Source: Rhizodiscina lignyota (Eukaryota). Taken from it: a DNA stretch of 64,000 bases. Under the pieces are notes generated by a model. That model had not been told where the DNA came from. It made no database searches and worked only from the letters and a program-made list of their open reading frames with translations. Where the stretch lies: NCBI GenBank assembly GCA_010015805.1, contig ML978123.1, positions 1,364,001-1,428,000 of the forward strand, written 5' to 3'. A program made the position numbers and the translations under genes. Below are positions 34,921-46,654 of the stretch, piece by piece. How positions within the stretch are numbered: the first letter of the stretch is position 1; each line of letters starts with the position of its first letter.

Positions 34921-37572
34921 ATGGAAAAGATACGCATTTCCAAGGTCACTATCTCAATCCTGTCATTAGTGTCTCCATCTAACTACGGCCAGGTTGATGA
35001 CGTTACATTATCGCAAAGAGGTGTTCGCGTTGAAGGGACCCTCCATCTCACTTCACATCATCTCATCTTCAACTACAAACAACCCGCGCCCGCCGATCAA
35101 CCAGAAGCGAAATCCCGCACTCAGGAGCTATGGCTCACTTATCCCATGATCGCATACTGCACCTACCGTCCTGTACCTCCTGCTTCACATCAAGCGCCTT
35201 CGATCCGTCTTCGATGCCGCGATTTTAAATTCGTCGCGTTCCACTTCGTGTCAGACACCAAAGCAAGGGATGTCTACGATAGCATCAAATCGCTCACATG
35301 TCGATTGGGCCGAATAGAGAAGCTGTACGCTTTCAGTTACCGGCCTCAACCACCAGAGAAAGATGTCAATGGATGGACACTTTATGACGCAAAAAGAGAG
35401 TTCGAACGACTGGGCGTCACTGCTGACGGTGCAAATTGTGGATGGAGATTATCGACAGTCAATGCAAGCTACGAATACTGTCCGACGTATCCTGCATTAC
35501 TCGGAATCCCAACAAGTATATCCGACAATGTCCTCAATTACGCCGGCCGTTACCGGTCCCGCGCCCGAATCCCCGTCTTGACTTATCTCCATCCTGTCAA
35601 CAATTGCTCCATAAGTCGCAGTTCCCAGCCACTGGTTGGAGTCCGGCAGAATCGTAGCGTCCAGGATGAGAAACTCGTTTCCGCCATCTTCTCCACCTCA
35701 AAGCCGTCTGATCCGACATCTTCAGTCCCTTCGATTTCCTCTACACCCAATCATGAATCTACGACACCGAACGAAAGCACGACTGATCTACCATCCATGG
35801 CCGCTGAGTCATTTGTTGATACTGAGGCTCTGGAAGACGAGGCTATTGCCCGTGTCAGCCATGACTCTGGTGGTGGAAGGCGGATATATGGTGCACAGCA
35901 GAACAATCTTATCGTCGATGCACGGCCGACAGTCAACGCGTATGCAAATTTGGCTGTTGGAATGGGTTCCGAAAATATGGACAACTACAAATTTGCGACA
36001 AAAGCGTTCCTCGGTATCGACAACATCCACGTCATGCGAGACAGCTTAAACAAGGTTGTTGATGCATTGAAGGACGGCGATATTACGTCGTTCCCTCCAA
36101 ACCGAGACCAGTTGACAAAGAGCGGATGGCTGAAGCATATCACGAATTTACTAGACGGCGCAGGTTTGATTGCTAGACAGGTTGGAATCCATCATAGCCA
36201 TGTCTTAATACACTGCTCTGATGGCTGGGATCGCACGAGTCAGCTCAGTGCACTGAGCCAGCTTTGTTTGGACCCCTATTACCGCACACTAGACGGCTTC
36301 ATTACCCTTGTTGAAAAAGACTGGCTTTCATTTGGGCATATGTTCCGACACCGGTCTGGCTTCCTCAGCAGCGAGAAATGGTTTGAAATTGAGAATGAAC
36401 GCATAGGTGGGATACGAAGCGTCTCTAACGGAACTGAAGGTGGTGGTGGGGTTGGAGGCGGCAATGCCTTTGAGAATGCGCTACTGAAAGCGAAAGGCTT
36501 CTTCAACAAGGATAATGACAGCAAAGAATCTCTTGGTGATTCTGACGGGGAAATGCAACCCTTCGACTCTCCACCTGGATCTGTTCGTCGATCAGGGGCG
36601 AAAGGAGCAAAGTCATCTACCCCGGGAGACGACAAGACGGTGACTAAGGTCAAGGAAACGAGCCCTGTCTTCCATCAATTCCTCGACGCTACGTACCAAC
36701 TGCTTTACCAGCATCCCACTCGCTTTGAATTTAATGAGCGTTTTCTTCGTAGGCTCCTTTACCATTTGTATAGCTGCCAATATGGCACCTTCCTCTACGA
36801 CAGCGAAAAGCAGCGAGTCGACGCGAAAATCAGCGAGCGAACCCGAAGTGTCTGGGATTACTTTCTTCCTCGACGACAGATGTTCCTCAACGACAAGTAC
36901 GATCCAGAGATCGACGATAATGTTAAGGGTAAAGAGAGGTTGCTATTTCCACGAATTGGGGAGATCAGGTGGTGGGCTGAGGTCTTTGGTCGCACTGACA
37001 AGGAGATGAATGGACCAGTTCCAGGAATTGGGCAGAGCCTGACGCCGAACGTACCATCCACACCTGTGAAAGCACACTCAAGGAGTCCATCGGGAGCGGA
37101 ACGAATAGAAACGCCAAGAGTCGAGGTTGACTTTCACCATGAAGCACCAAAGCCAGTGCTCAAAGGGCTGGAAACTTCCGAGGGTGTCGTTGACCTCGAC
37201 CCTACCCCCTCATATGACCAACATCACCAGCAGACTGAGCAAGTCCCACAGATCGAGGAGAGAGAACAAACACCACATGTCGAGGAAACCAAGGAGGTGC
37301 CACGGATTGAGGAGACAGAGCCGGTAGAAGAGGAGTCAGATCCTTTAGGAGCTGTTCCTCTGTCACAGATCCAGCAGAGAGAGCACGAGTCGAGCCCTGG
37401 ACGAGCGGGCATGTTCAATACTTCAAAACTGAGCAACGGACTATCGCAGAGCGCATCTGGTTTGGTTGCTGGTCTATCGTCTTTGGACATTGATGAGGAC
37501 GGCAGCGCCTCTCATAAGCGCGGGAGAAGTCCAGCGAGGTTAAGAGAGGAAATGGAGGTTGAAATGGAGTGA
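34921..37572 (+). CDS. YMR1: Myotubularin-family phosphoinositide 3-phosphatase
   Basis: Catalytic HCSDGWDRT; RSSQPLVG, VEKDWLSFGH, SPVFHQFLD; probable 48-nt intron at 34945-34992. Confidence 0.93.
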   Translation: MEKIRISKVTISILSLVSPSNYGQVDDVTLSQRGVRVEGTLHLTSHHLIFNYKQPAPADQPEAKSRTQELWLTYPMIAYCTYRPVPPASHQAPSIRLRCRDFKFVAFHFVSDTKARDVYDSIKSLTCRLGRIEKLYAFSYRPQPPEKDVNGWTLYDAKREFERLGVTADGANCGWRLSTVNASYEYCPTYPALLGIPTSISDNVLNYAGRYRSRARIPVLTYLHPVNNCSISRSSQPLVGVRQNRSVQDEKLVSAIFSTSKPSDPTSSVPSISSTPNHESTTPNESTTDLPSMAAESFVDTEALEDEAIARVSHDSGGGRRIYGAQQNNLIVDARPTVNAYANLAVGMGSENMDNYKFATKAFLGIDNIHVMRDSLNKVVDALKDGDITSFPPNRDQLTKSGWLKHITNLLDGAGLIARQVGIHHSHVLIHCSDGWDRTSQLSALSQLCLDPYYRTLDGFITLVEKDWLSFGHMFRHRSGFLSSEKWFEIENERIGGIRSVSNGTEGGGGVGGGNAFENALLKAKGFFNKDNDSKESLGDSDGEMQPFDSPPGSVRRSGAKGAKSSTPGDDKTVTKVKETSPVFHQFLDATYQLLYQHPTRFEFNERFLRRLLYHLYSCQYGTFLYDSEKQRVDAKISERTRSVWDYFLPRRQMFLNDKYDPEIDDNVKGKERLLFPRIGEIRWWAEVFGRTDKEMNGPVPGIGQSLTPNVPSTPVKAHSRSPSGAERIETPRVEVDFHHEAPKPVLKGLETSEGVVDLDPTPSYDQHHQQTEQVPQIEEREQTPHVEETKEVPRIEETEPVEEESDPLGAVPLSQIQQREHESSPGRAGMFNTSKLSNGLSQSASGLVAGLSSLDIDEDGSASHKRGRSPARLREEMEVEME

Positions 37573-38044
37573 AGGGAGCGCGCGCATTATGAGATTTGTA
37601 TGATGGTGCACAGCACTTGAATGATACCTTATGAGTTACGTCGGACGGCTTTTCCACTTATCGACTTACTCGAGTACGTATCAGACGTCCATAGCCGAAC
37701 ACACTAATCTCGAGTTAGACACGATTCATGGTATTGATCCAAGGTGTGTATGCGCAAGTCTGCTGTTGCAATGGCCCCATTAGCTTCTGGCATAGTAGTG
37801 CCGCAATATTATGAATGCGGCTTTGTGTTTCTAGAAGGTCTGTCACTTGTGAATAATGCAGTACCGTTCCAAGCGAACTGGAAGTGCCAAAGTACAGTAT
37901 CGCAAGGGTACCGGATCGATTTGGTCTTGCACTTCAAGACCTTTAAAGCATCTCTATTTGGATCGGTGTGTGCATTCATCCAGGCACCTTGGTGTGGTGT
38001 CTTTGCACAAGTTGACCGCTTAATGTCAATTCGCTCGCCCAGGT

Positions 38045-38662
38045 TTACTTGTTGTCTCGAAAGACTACAGTTTGCTTCTGAGCCTGAATCAATGCCTGCA
38101 CCGCTGCAGGGACAGGCCCATCCCTTTCAGGAATAAACGTCCTCATGACCTTTTCGACATAGCTTGATGGTATTCCCATCTTCAACGCATCTGCAATTCC
38201 CATGTTCATCCTGTAGACGTACTCTTCCCTCGGCTTGCTATCTTTCATCCTCTCACGATCGATATAAAGGAGCATTGGCTTCTTCTCTGGAACAGCGCTG
38301 ATGTCGATTATCGCCTCCGCATTCTCGGGATCTGTCGGCCAGAAATCAATGTCATGAATCTCATTCGTGTGGTTATGCGGGACTCCCTCCTTCCTGTCTA
38401 AGATAGCTTCATCGGGTTCCGTGAGAGAATAGGCTATACCCCAGACGTGTGTCTGTACATCGACAGAGTCGATAGAATGGTCAAGCGGAACTGGATTGGC
38501 AGAACCACGTTAGTTTATCATCCATCTGTAGCCGTGTAGACGGGCAATTCCTACGAACGTCGATCCTGGGCAGCGCTCGGCCATTTGTTCCAGCCAGAGA
38601 TTGCTTCCATAGCCAAAGTAGGGGATTGGCGTGTCTAGAGTACTGTCATTTAGTGCGCTCAT
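38045..38662 (-). pseudogene. Gamma-glutamylcyclotransferase (GGCT/AIG2-like, GliK-related) interrupted by an in-frame TAA at 38510-38512
   Basis: YFGYGSNL...RCP...YRWMIN*RGSANPV...VWGIAYSL...LDRKEGVP...MLLYID...EYVYRMNMGIADA all in one frame with a single stop. Confidence 0.75.
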
Positions 38663-39115
38663 ATTGGTAAGATGGAGCAAAGAGAGTGAAGAGAAGCGAA
38701 GTGGTTTCATTCCCTAGCATAGCCATGTTAGTATCTGGTTTCCTAGAACATGTACTCCATCACCATGGTGTGCAGGAATTGCGACATCAATGTCTCCTCT
38801 GGCTCATTAGTCATGTCAGGTCAGGTACCTTGACTTCAAAGTACGAACGATGCAAGCTCGAGGCTGAAAGCGGAAATGGACCACACCCGCCTGGCTAGCG
38901 TAAGAGTGACGTACCCAAGGATGTCGTCCGGAACCGATCGTCAGGTCGCACCAAGACTGGCCAAAACGCGGTTCGCGACCCGCACCCGCATATCCATAAA
39001 CATCTCCACTTTCCCATTTCTCAATTCAATTCTCCCATTCCTTCCTCCGCGTTTCCCCTGTCCATGTCCATTCTAATTGCCGTGCATTCCCCAATTTCCT
39101 TTTAAATCGTTCAAA

Positions 39116-40271
39116 ATGCCTCACTTACCCAAGGCTGGCCCGGACACCGGCGTCTTCTCCACGCTCGAGGTGCGCCCGCGTAACAAGCCAGCGAAGCTCA
39201 CGTCCCGCAACATCGCGTTTCCCGCACACCACTACGATGAGGCGCCAAATGTCGCTGCGGGGTTTAAGATGCTGGATCTGAGCCACGAGGCGCCGATACG
39301 TGCCAATTTAGTGGGGAGTGATATGACGCCTGAGGGGTTCAAGATCCTGTTCGAGACGTGGGGAGGCGGGAAGCTATACGCGGCCGAAGCACAATGGATT
39401 GAGCACAAGAGAGGGGCAAAGGAATGCTTCTTTGGTGTATGACCCCTCTTTCGACCCCTCTTCACCCCTCTCAGCGCACTCAATCACTACAATTGGACCA
39501 CCATGACTAACAAACATTGACTTCGAACAGCAATTCGACACACGCGACATGCGCCGCAACCGCAAACTCCAGTCCGACGCGGCTTCCACCAGCTCCTCCT
39601 CCACCTCGCCAGAAGCGAATGGCACAGGCAACACCGCAAACAGCAACACGACCTCCCAAATCCGACAGCAGAACGCGAAGCGCCTCAAGTTCCCGCGGCC
39701 CTTTGACGAGCCGCCACAGGTCATCTGCTGGCTCAACCGCATCGACATGGCGTCTGGGGACGAGCGAAACTGGCGCGTCAGCGCACACGCGAGCCGCATC
39801 ACGCCGCAGGGCTTCGTAGGACACCTGGACGCGTGGGGAGACACGGAGCTCGAAGGCGCGGCGATGTGCTGGATCGCATTTCCGAGGCACAAGAGGAAGG
39901 TTGCGAGCGGCACGTTCGGCACGAGCGATGTCAGGCCGTGGCATGATCCGCGGCAGAGAAATCGCGGGCGGGTCAAGTTTGAGGAGGGGGCATTTGAGAA
40001 GCCGCCGACGGTGCTCGTGGCGCTGAATATGATCGATATGGCAGGCAATGCTGATTTGAGGGTGAAGGTTTGGGTGGAGGAGGTGGATAAGGATGGGTTC
40101 AGTAAGTCTTGATATTCCCCTTCTTCATTTCTGCCCCTTAGACATGAGCATTTGACATGCTTGCCGGGAGGTGGATGCTGATGAGCGTGTGCAGCGTGGC
40201 ATCTCGATACCTGGGACGATTCGACGATGTACGGCGCTGCGGCGAGTTGGATCGCGCTGGGCTTCGTATGA
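39116..40271 (+). CDS. Protein of three tandem H-type lectin domains, 2 introns
   Basis: Exons 39116-39436, 39531-40101 and 40195-40271. Repeated G.F.T...F...F..PP.V...L..D......R.......GF....TWgd...Y.A...WI pattern. No signal peptide. Confidence 0.82.
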
Positions 40272-43200
40272 GCAGAAGTGCCTCCTGAGGCTAAGACTGA
40301 CGACTACATGATGCGAATTTTCTCTCCATACGGGCTTAAGAACACCACCGCAAAAATGGGCAATGCAGCGACGGGCCTGCAAGACATAGCGTCTGTGGCT
40401 TTGGCACAGATGGCTCCATATCGAAACCTCCAAGAACGGGACGACGCACACCCCGATTCCCGACGTGGATGCTTTACATATCCACAGAATTTGGGAAATT
40501 ATCCCCATCTCAATCTGTCGCTAAAGCACTGGATGCGGAGAGCGGTTGGAGAACGCTCGGGAGGCTTCGACGCATTAGCAAAGTTATTTGCTTGCGTGGC
40601 CCGCTTACGACGAACGGAGCCCTGGATGTTCTCGGCAAACGTACATATACTTTCTGAAACATGCTTTGGAGGAGCGTTAGCAGTTTGTGCTAGGCGTGAT
40701 GTTGTCACTTAGGCGCATTTCGCGCATATCGGCACTCCGCTCGGTTGCTGATCCCGCCAGCAAACAAGCCGGGCAGTAGATGCGATGCAAATCGCGTCAT
40801 TTTGGATGGAAGCACACGAATGGAAATCGGATTTAACGAGTGGATGCTGGAACGCGTATATGGACATCACTGTTTGTACTGTGGATGTGGACGATATACA
40901 GTCCAGAGCACCATCATCAAGTTAGTCAATGCTCGCTGATAGCTCGCCTGGCACCAAATCTTTGTATACGCATACAATTGACGTGTAATGGATACTACAT
41001 AGCATGCAGGAATGAGTCCCAAGACGTCTCCGAACATAACACGCATTACTGTGGTTTCAGTCCCGATCGAGTGCTCGCCAGTCGCTTCTGCAAACACCTT
41101 CGTAGCATATGTCCAGGGAGATATTTGTAAGGTGAGAACTAAATCAATGGGCCCAAGACATCAGACGCAAGCAAATCGCCCCTTGCCAGACTTCGGCCAA
41201 GGAGGCTTCCGCTCCAAGTTCACTGGTAGCTCTCGAACAGTTCAAAGAGGCACAGACTTTGGGCGAGACCTACGAAACGGAAGACCCAGCCGACTTGGTA
41301 TTTCTTCCAACAGCTCTCTATGGAGGGTGCAATTCGCAAGATAGCGGCACTGCTTTGATAAGATAACTGCGCTCCATGCCCAGCACCGCCAGTGAGAATT
41401 TGCTAGTCCTGATGAGCCCGGATGTTCGAACTAAGGCCTACCCGATGGAGTGCATCGTGTTCGTACGTACTTAATGCTCCGCGATGTTTGCTGGTGAGTC
41501 GCACTGCTAGGCTTGTGCGAAATTCCCGATCCAACCTGCCTGCCCGGCTCAGAATATCACGTCTTTCCCGATGTCACATAGAGACGGTCAGCGGTTGACT
41601 TGTCAGCGTTTGGCACGAAACACTGGATGGATGTTCGAGACGTTCTTCGCTTCCACTTTCAGACTTTGTCAAGGAGAGATGACCTCAAACTCTGCCGGCT
41701 CGTCAGTTGTCGCCTAATGTCTACTATGGCCTTGGCGATAAGATCCCAGCGGTATCACTTATCCACTTCTTGAAAGCCGTATTCTTGCTGGGCATTATCG
41801 CGCAAACGGACGCGCGTTCAGCCATGCTGGTTCATGTATAGACACAGTTGTCCTGCGATGACAGTACTGCGGCATATTACCAGACACCGACAGTGGTGTT
41901 CGGCAAATGAGGCCGACATGTCTCGGTAAAAGTCACGTTTCCTGTATGTGTTTGTCCGCGTCAACTTGCCTCGTTTCACGAAATGTATCAACGTGCGACG
42001 GCGAACATGTTGGTGGGTAATTGGGAGCGGAAAGGGGAGGTTGCGATCGCCATTGAAGCATAACAGGTGCGCGTAACGTTGCCAACAGTCATGAGCGGGT
42101 GGAGGGCTGTATCTGCGGTTAAGTCAGTTGATAAGGTAGCAAACCGGGACGAGTGGCTGAGAGGCAGTCGCACAAAGCTTTGCTAGAAACAAAAGTTTCG
42201 TACAAGGGCGGAGCGCATGTGACGATAGCGAACACTATAGGCAAGAAATTAGTCGCAATAAGGAGACATGAATCGGAAACAGCTGTGCTCCACTCCCTGC
42301 GCAACCCTGATGCACCATTCTGGTGACAATTTCTGCCCAAAGCAGGGCTTCAAGCGGGCAAGGAAAGAGAATGCGGACAGAGTGGGATGAAAACGATACA
42401 ATTTGCGCTTGGCAATTGAAACAAGACGCGTCCTTTGTCTGCGGGAGAGAATGTTCGAGGGAAGGGCTAAGAGAGCGAAACAACGAAACAAACAGCCACT
42501 AAACGCCAAAACAATCCGCTCACAGACAAACGCAGATGGAGAACGTCGGAAACACCCCCAGATATGGCACCCTACTAGGCGCCGAGAGACAAGTCATGTG
42601 AAAGCAGAGTATTTGAGACGGAGATGCTGATTACAGGATTGATACGCTTCCACGGGAGATTTTGCGATGAATATTTATTATTTGAAGTATCACCAGACTC
42701 TCACGATAGGTAATTAGAGGGATCGAAGATGGGTGTAAAGAAGCATGAGCTCAATCTAGAATAGATGAGCGGCCTAGACTTTGCCAAACGGCCTAGGCAA
42801 GGGGTGTGAGATGAGCCTCTTGGTGCTCGGCCGATCTAAACGGGAGTGGGAAGGGTGGCCGTAATTGCCAAAAGGAAAATAGATGACGAGCGAGGGGTGT
42901 AGAAAGTACGCAAATTAACTCCACATTGCCTGAGAAAATCGGGCCAAAAGGTCTGGTTTGAGAATTACAGTTGCTTGCGCGGCTCTTCGAGTGGTGAAAG
43001 AGCAGTGGGTGGCCCGACAGATGAAGTCTCACAATAATGGATTAAGAACGGGGCGTCGATGCAGGGCTTCCTGGAGACAGCCAACGGCGGCCCGACTGTC
43101 GAGGCGGAGGAAAGCGTGAGCAAACAAACGAAGCGCGGGATGAACGCCTCGGATAAAGTGTGAAACTGGTCCGTGATGGGGATCCGATAGATTGTGGACC

Positions 43201-44173
43201 GGGAAGCTGGCAGGTCTTTGAGTCTTGTCGTCCGCTGGCTCACGGTGAATCGGCGGTATTTGAGAGGAGGACAAGGGCGCGCCGAGATGGTTAATGCCAA
43301 CCCGAGGGGTGTATTTGAGTGTGCAAAGCTGGATGTGTGGGTAGCACATCATACGAGGCTGATGCGAGGCGATGCGAATAGGAGCGAAAAGAGAGGTGAG
43401 CACTGCACTGAGCGTTCAGAGGGGGGTGCCGATGCAGTAGCAGTCTGTAGGTAGCAGATCTCTCTTCCAAGGCAGAGGTGCAGAGAGCGACACTACTGCG
43501 CAGGCTCAATAATCTGGCACGCAGAACGCAGCTGCTGCATCGTGGATGACGACAGACCGGCCAAGAGGCGGCCGTCCGGGCTGGCCAGGTGTTGGGGGGT
43601 GTTTTGATGAGCAGTCGAGGTTGCGGGCTTGAGGCTCAGGGCGCGAGTGCTTGGCCAGCTCGCAGCTCCGATTCGAGCAGGGTGAAACAATGGGCCCAGT
43701 GGTAACGCGCAATGTGGCGCGTCGGCGCTTTTCCGCAGCGCCTGGCCCACTCGTGCCTGCCAATCGCCCATCCCTGCCTGGCCTGTTTCTTCCCCATCGC
43801 CTGCGCACATCGCCCTTCCAATGCTTCCACGGCCCTCTCTTATCATGCAAACCCACCCTCGCTTTTGTTCATGATTTTCCTTGGTTAAAGACACTCGTTT
43901 GTCCTCCACCACGCCTCCGTTCTTTGTTTGCAGGCCAGCACCCACTCGACATCGACACCCCCCGTGCGTGACTGGAGCCCGTCGCACCTTCGACCACGCG
44001 AGCAGCTTCTCCCCTATCCCTTCACGCAGGACGACGCGCAATCAATCGTCCGGCACGGAAGGCCAAGGGCTAGATAAATCCACGATCATCCGTACCACCT
44101 GTTTTCCCGCTCGTGAACTCTTGAGAATTCAGCTCCCGCAGCCAATATTCGTCTCGTCGTGTGAGCGTTGAGC

Positions 44174-44358
44174 GTAAGCAGAACCCGCCGTACCTGCATC
44201 GCTTCCCTTGCATCCAAGCTCGCGCGTGAACGCTGTGCTTGCGTTTCCTCTCCACACAACCCCCAGACACTCACTGATCACGAGCCTCGATGTTCTTCCT
44301 CGCACACGTCTTTAAAGACTTGTTCGTTGCGTTGTTTTACTAACGCTCACCCTTTCAG
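44174..44358 (+). other. Probable 5'-UTR intron of the ferric reductase gene
   Basis: GTAAGC donor at 44174, perfect TACTAAC branch at 44338-44344, CCCTTTCAG acceptor at 44358. Confidence 0.55.
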
Positions 44359-44695
44359 GAATTCTCATTGTCCCGATTCGGATCGCGCCAACATTTCCCT
44401 CACAACACCTCACCGTGTGGGATTCTGGATCTATCTCTCGCAGGAGTTCACCATTTAACTCTCTGCCACCTGGCTGTACGGAAACGTGTGTTGTACACTG
44501 TTGAACCACATTCTTTCTATTGTTTCACGGATCTTGCAGGTTCTAGATCCCGCATCAACACCTACACAAAGCCTGGGTTTTCGCTGGTCGAATCACGTTC
44601 ACGAAAGAATTCCAACTAAAAGGCTTGCTCGCTCGTGGGAGCGACAGTCCTGACGATCTTTTTCCACTCTCGAAACGTCACCCTCATCACTCAAT

Positions 44696-46654
44696 ATGGC
44701 ATCGACCATCGGCCTGCTGTCGCTGCTCGCAGCTTCAGTATCGGCGCAAGAAGGAGGAAGCTCTTCATCTGGTGGCCAGTCTGGAAGCTCGGGCGGTAGT
44801 TCTGGCGGAGGAAGCAGCTCAGGCGGTGGTGGAGGCGGCGGAGGTGGTGGTGGAGGCGGTGACTCTGACAGTACCAACAACACGGTGCAACAATACCTGC
44901 TCATTGTGTGGGGCGCCATTGCCTTTGTCTTTGTCGTCTCCCAGATCATCATCATCTCGACTCGCTATGTCCGTACCATCGCCTGTCTTAACAACGACAC
45001 GCAGCGCTTTTTCGCCGTCCCCTACTCCCTCTACGGAAACTTCAAGAAGCATCTCTTCGACGCGCCTCTCTTCCGTCTTCGTCATCACAACGAATTCAGG
45101 CTGTCATCAGCTATTAACTGCGGCACTCTCCCCAATAGGTTCCAGAGCCTGTTTCTCATTATCTTCTTCGCCCTGAATATCGTCTTCATCTGCTGGGATC
45201 TGGAATGGCATCTCGCCACAAGCAAGGTCTTGAAGGAGCGTTCAGGCCTTTGGAGCCCCCTCTACAAGCGAGCTGGTGTCTTGTCAGTCATCAACATGAT
45301 TCCATTGTTCCTCTTCGCTGGACGCAACAATCCTCTGCTGTACTGGACCGGCATTACCTTCGATACCTTCAACCTTTTCCACCGCTGGCTGGGTCGACTT
45401 GCGGCAGCTGAGGGAGTCCTTCACATGATCTTCTGGATGGTCAACAAGGTCCAAAGCGCAAAGTCCAGCTCTGCGGGTTGGGCTACGGTCGCTGGACAAT
45501 TCAGCACCAGCAACATGGTTCTCACTGGCACGATCGCTGTCGGAGCTTTGGTTGTGATCACCATCCAAGCCGCTTCCCCTATCAGACACGCCTTCTACGA
45601 ATTCTTCCTTCACTTCCACCAAGCTCTCATAGCTACCGCTGTCGGTGCTTTGTGGTTCCATCTCGACGACAATCCGTGGAGCTTCAGGGCTCTCCAAACT
45701 GCAATCGGCATCTGGGCTGCGGAGCGTCTGATCCGACTTATTCGTATCGGCTACCACAACATTGGCGCTGGCGGCTCCAAGGCCACCGTTGAGACTCTTC
45801 CTGGAGAGGCTCTTCGCGTTACAATTTCTCTGGCTCGCCCGTGGCAATATGTTACTGGCCAGCACGCTTATATCTATCTTCCACGCATTGGCTGGTGGAC
45901 CAGCCACCCTTTTACCATTGCCTGGAGCGACGAAGAGACTGATATGAGCATGTCCGACGACAAGCTTGCTATGACCAGGCAGGATGTCCTTGCGATGAAG
46001 AAAAATACTTTGAGCATGATCATCAGGAGACGCACTGGCTTTACTGACAAGCTCTACGCTTATGCCGAGAAGCAAGGCGCTGGAAAGTTCAGCACCACCG
46101 CTATTCTTGAAGGTCCTTATGGTACGCATTCTATTTACCCTTGTATTTCTTTAAAACACATGCTGACATGATCAACAGGCCACCAAACCCACCACTCCTA
46201 TGGCACCGTCCTCCTCTTTGCCGCCGGTATCGGCATCACTCACCAAGTCCCTCATGTCCGCGACCTCGTTGTCGGCTACGCCAACAACACGGCCGCTGTC
46301 CGCCGCGTCACTCTCGTCTGGATCATCCAATCGCCCGAGCATCTCGAGTGGATCCGCCCCTGGATGACCACCATCCTCGGCCTGCCCAAGCGCCGCGACG
46401 TCCTCAAGATCCTCCTCTTCGTCACTCGACCCAGGAGCACGAAGGAGATCCACTCCCCATCTGCCAGCGTGCAGATGTTCCCCGGCAAGCCCAACATCAG
46501 CGCACTTGTCGACGCCGAGGTCGAGAGCCGCATTGGCGCCATGTGCGTCTCCGTGTGCGGCACCGGCTCTTTAGCCGACGACGCGAGGCGCGCGACGAGG
46601 AAGTGGATGGGCGTTGCGAACGTCGATTTCGCGGAGGAGTCGTTCTCGTGGTAA
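44696..46654 (+). CDS. Ferric/cupric reductase transmembrane component (FRE family), intron 46122-46178
   Basis: Signal peptide; heme-ligating His in FHRWLGR...HMIF and HFHQ...WFH; FAD motif HPFT; EGPYG; NADPH motif AAGIGIT; CGTGSL; EESFSW end. Confidence 0.92.
44755..44860 (+). repeat. Coding GGN-rich low-complexity repeat (Gly/Ser linker ending in poly-Gly)
   Basis: GGSSSSGGQSGSSGGSSGGGSSSGGGGGGGGGGGGG directly after the signal peptide. Confidence 0.85.

Noticed and set aside
41405..41530. CTGATGAG...CGAAA suggesting a hammerhead ribozyme
   Set aside because: Core elements are about 100 nt apart with no adequate stem II, and stems I and III are not apparent.
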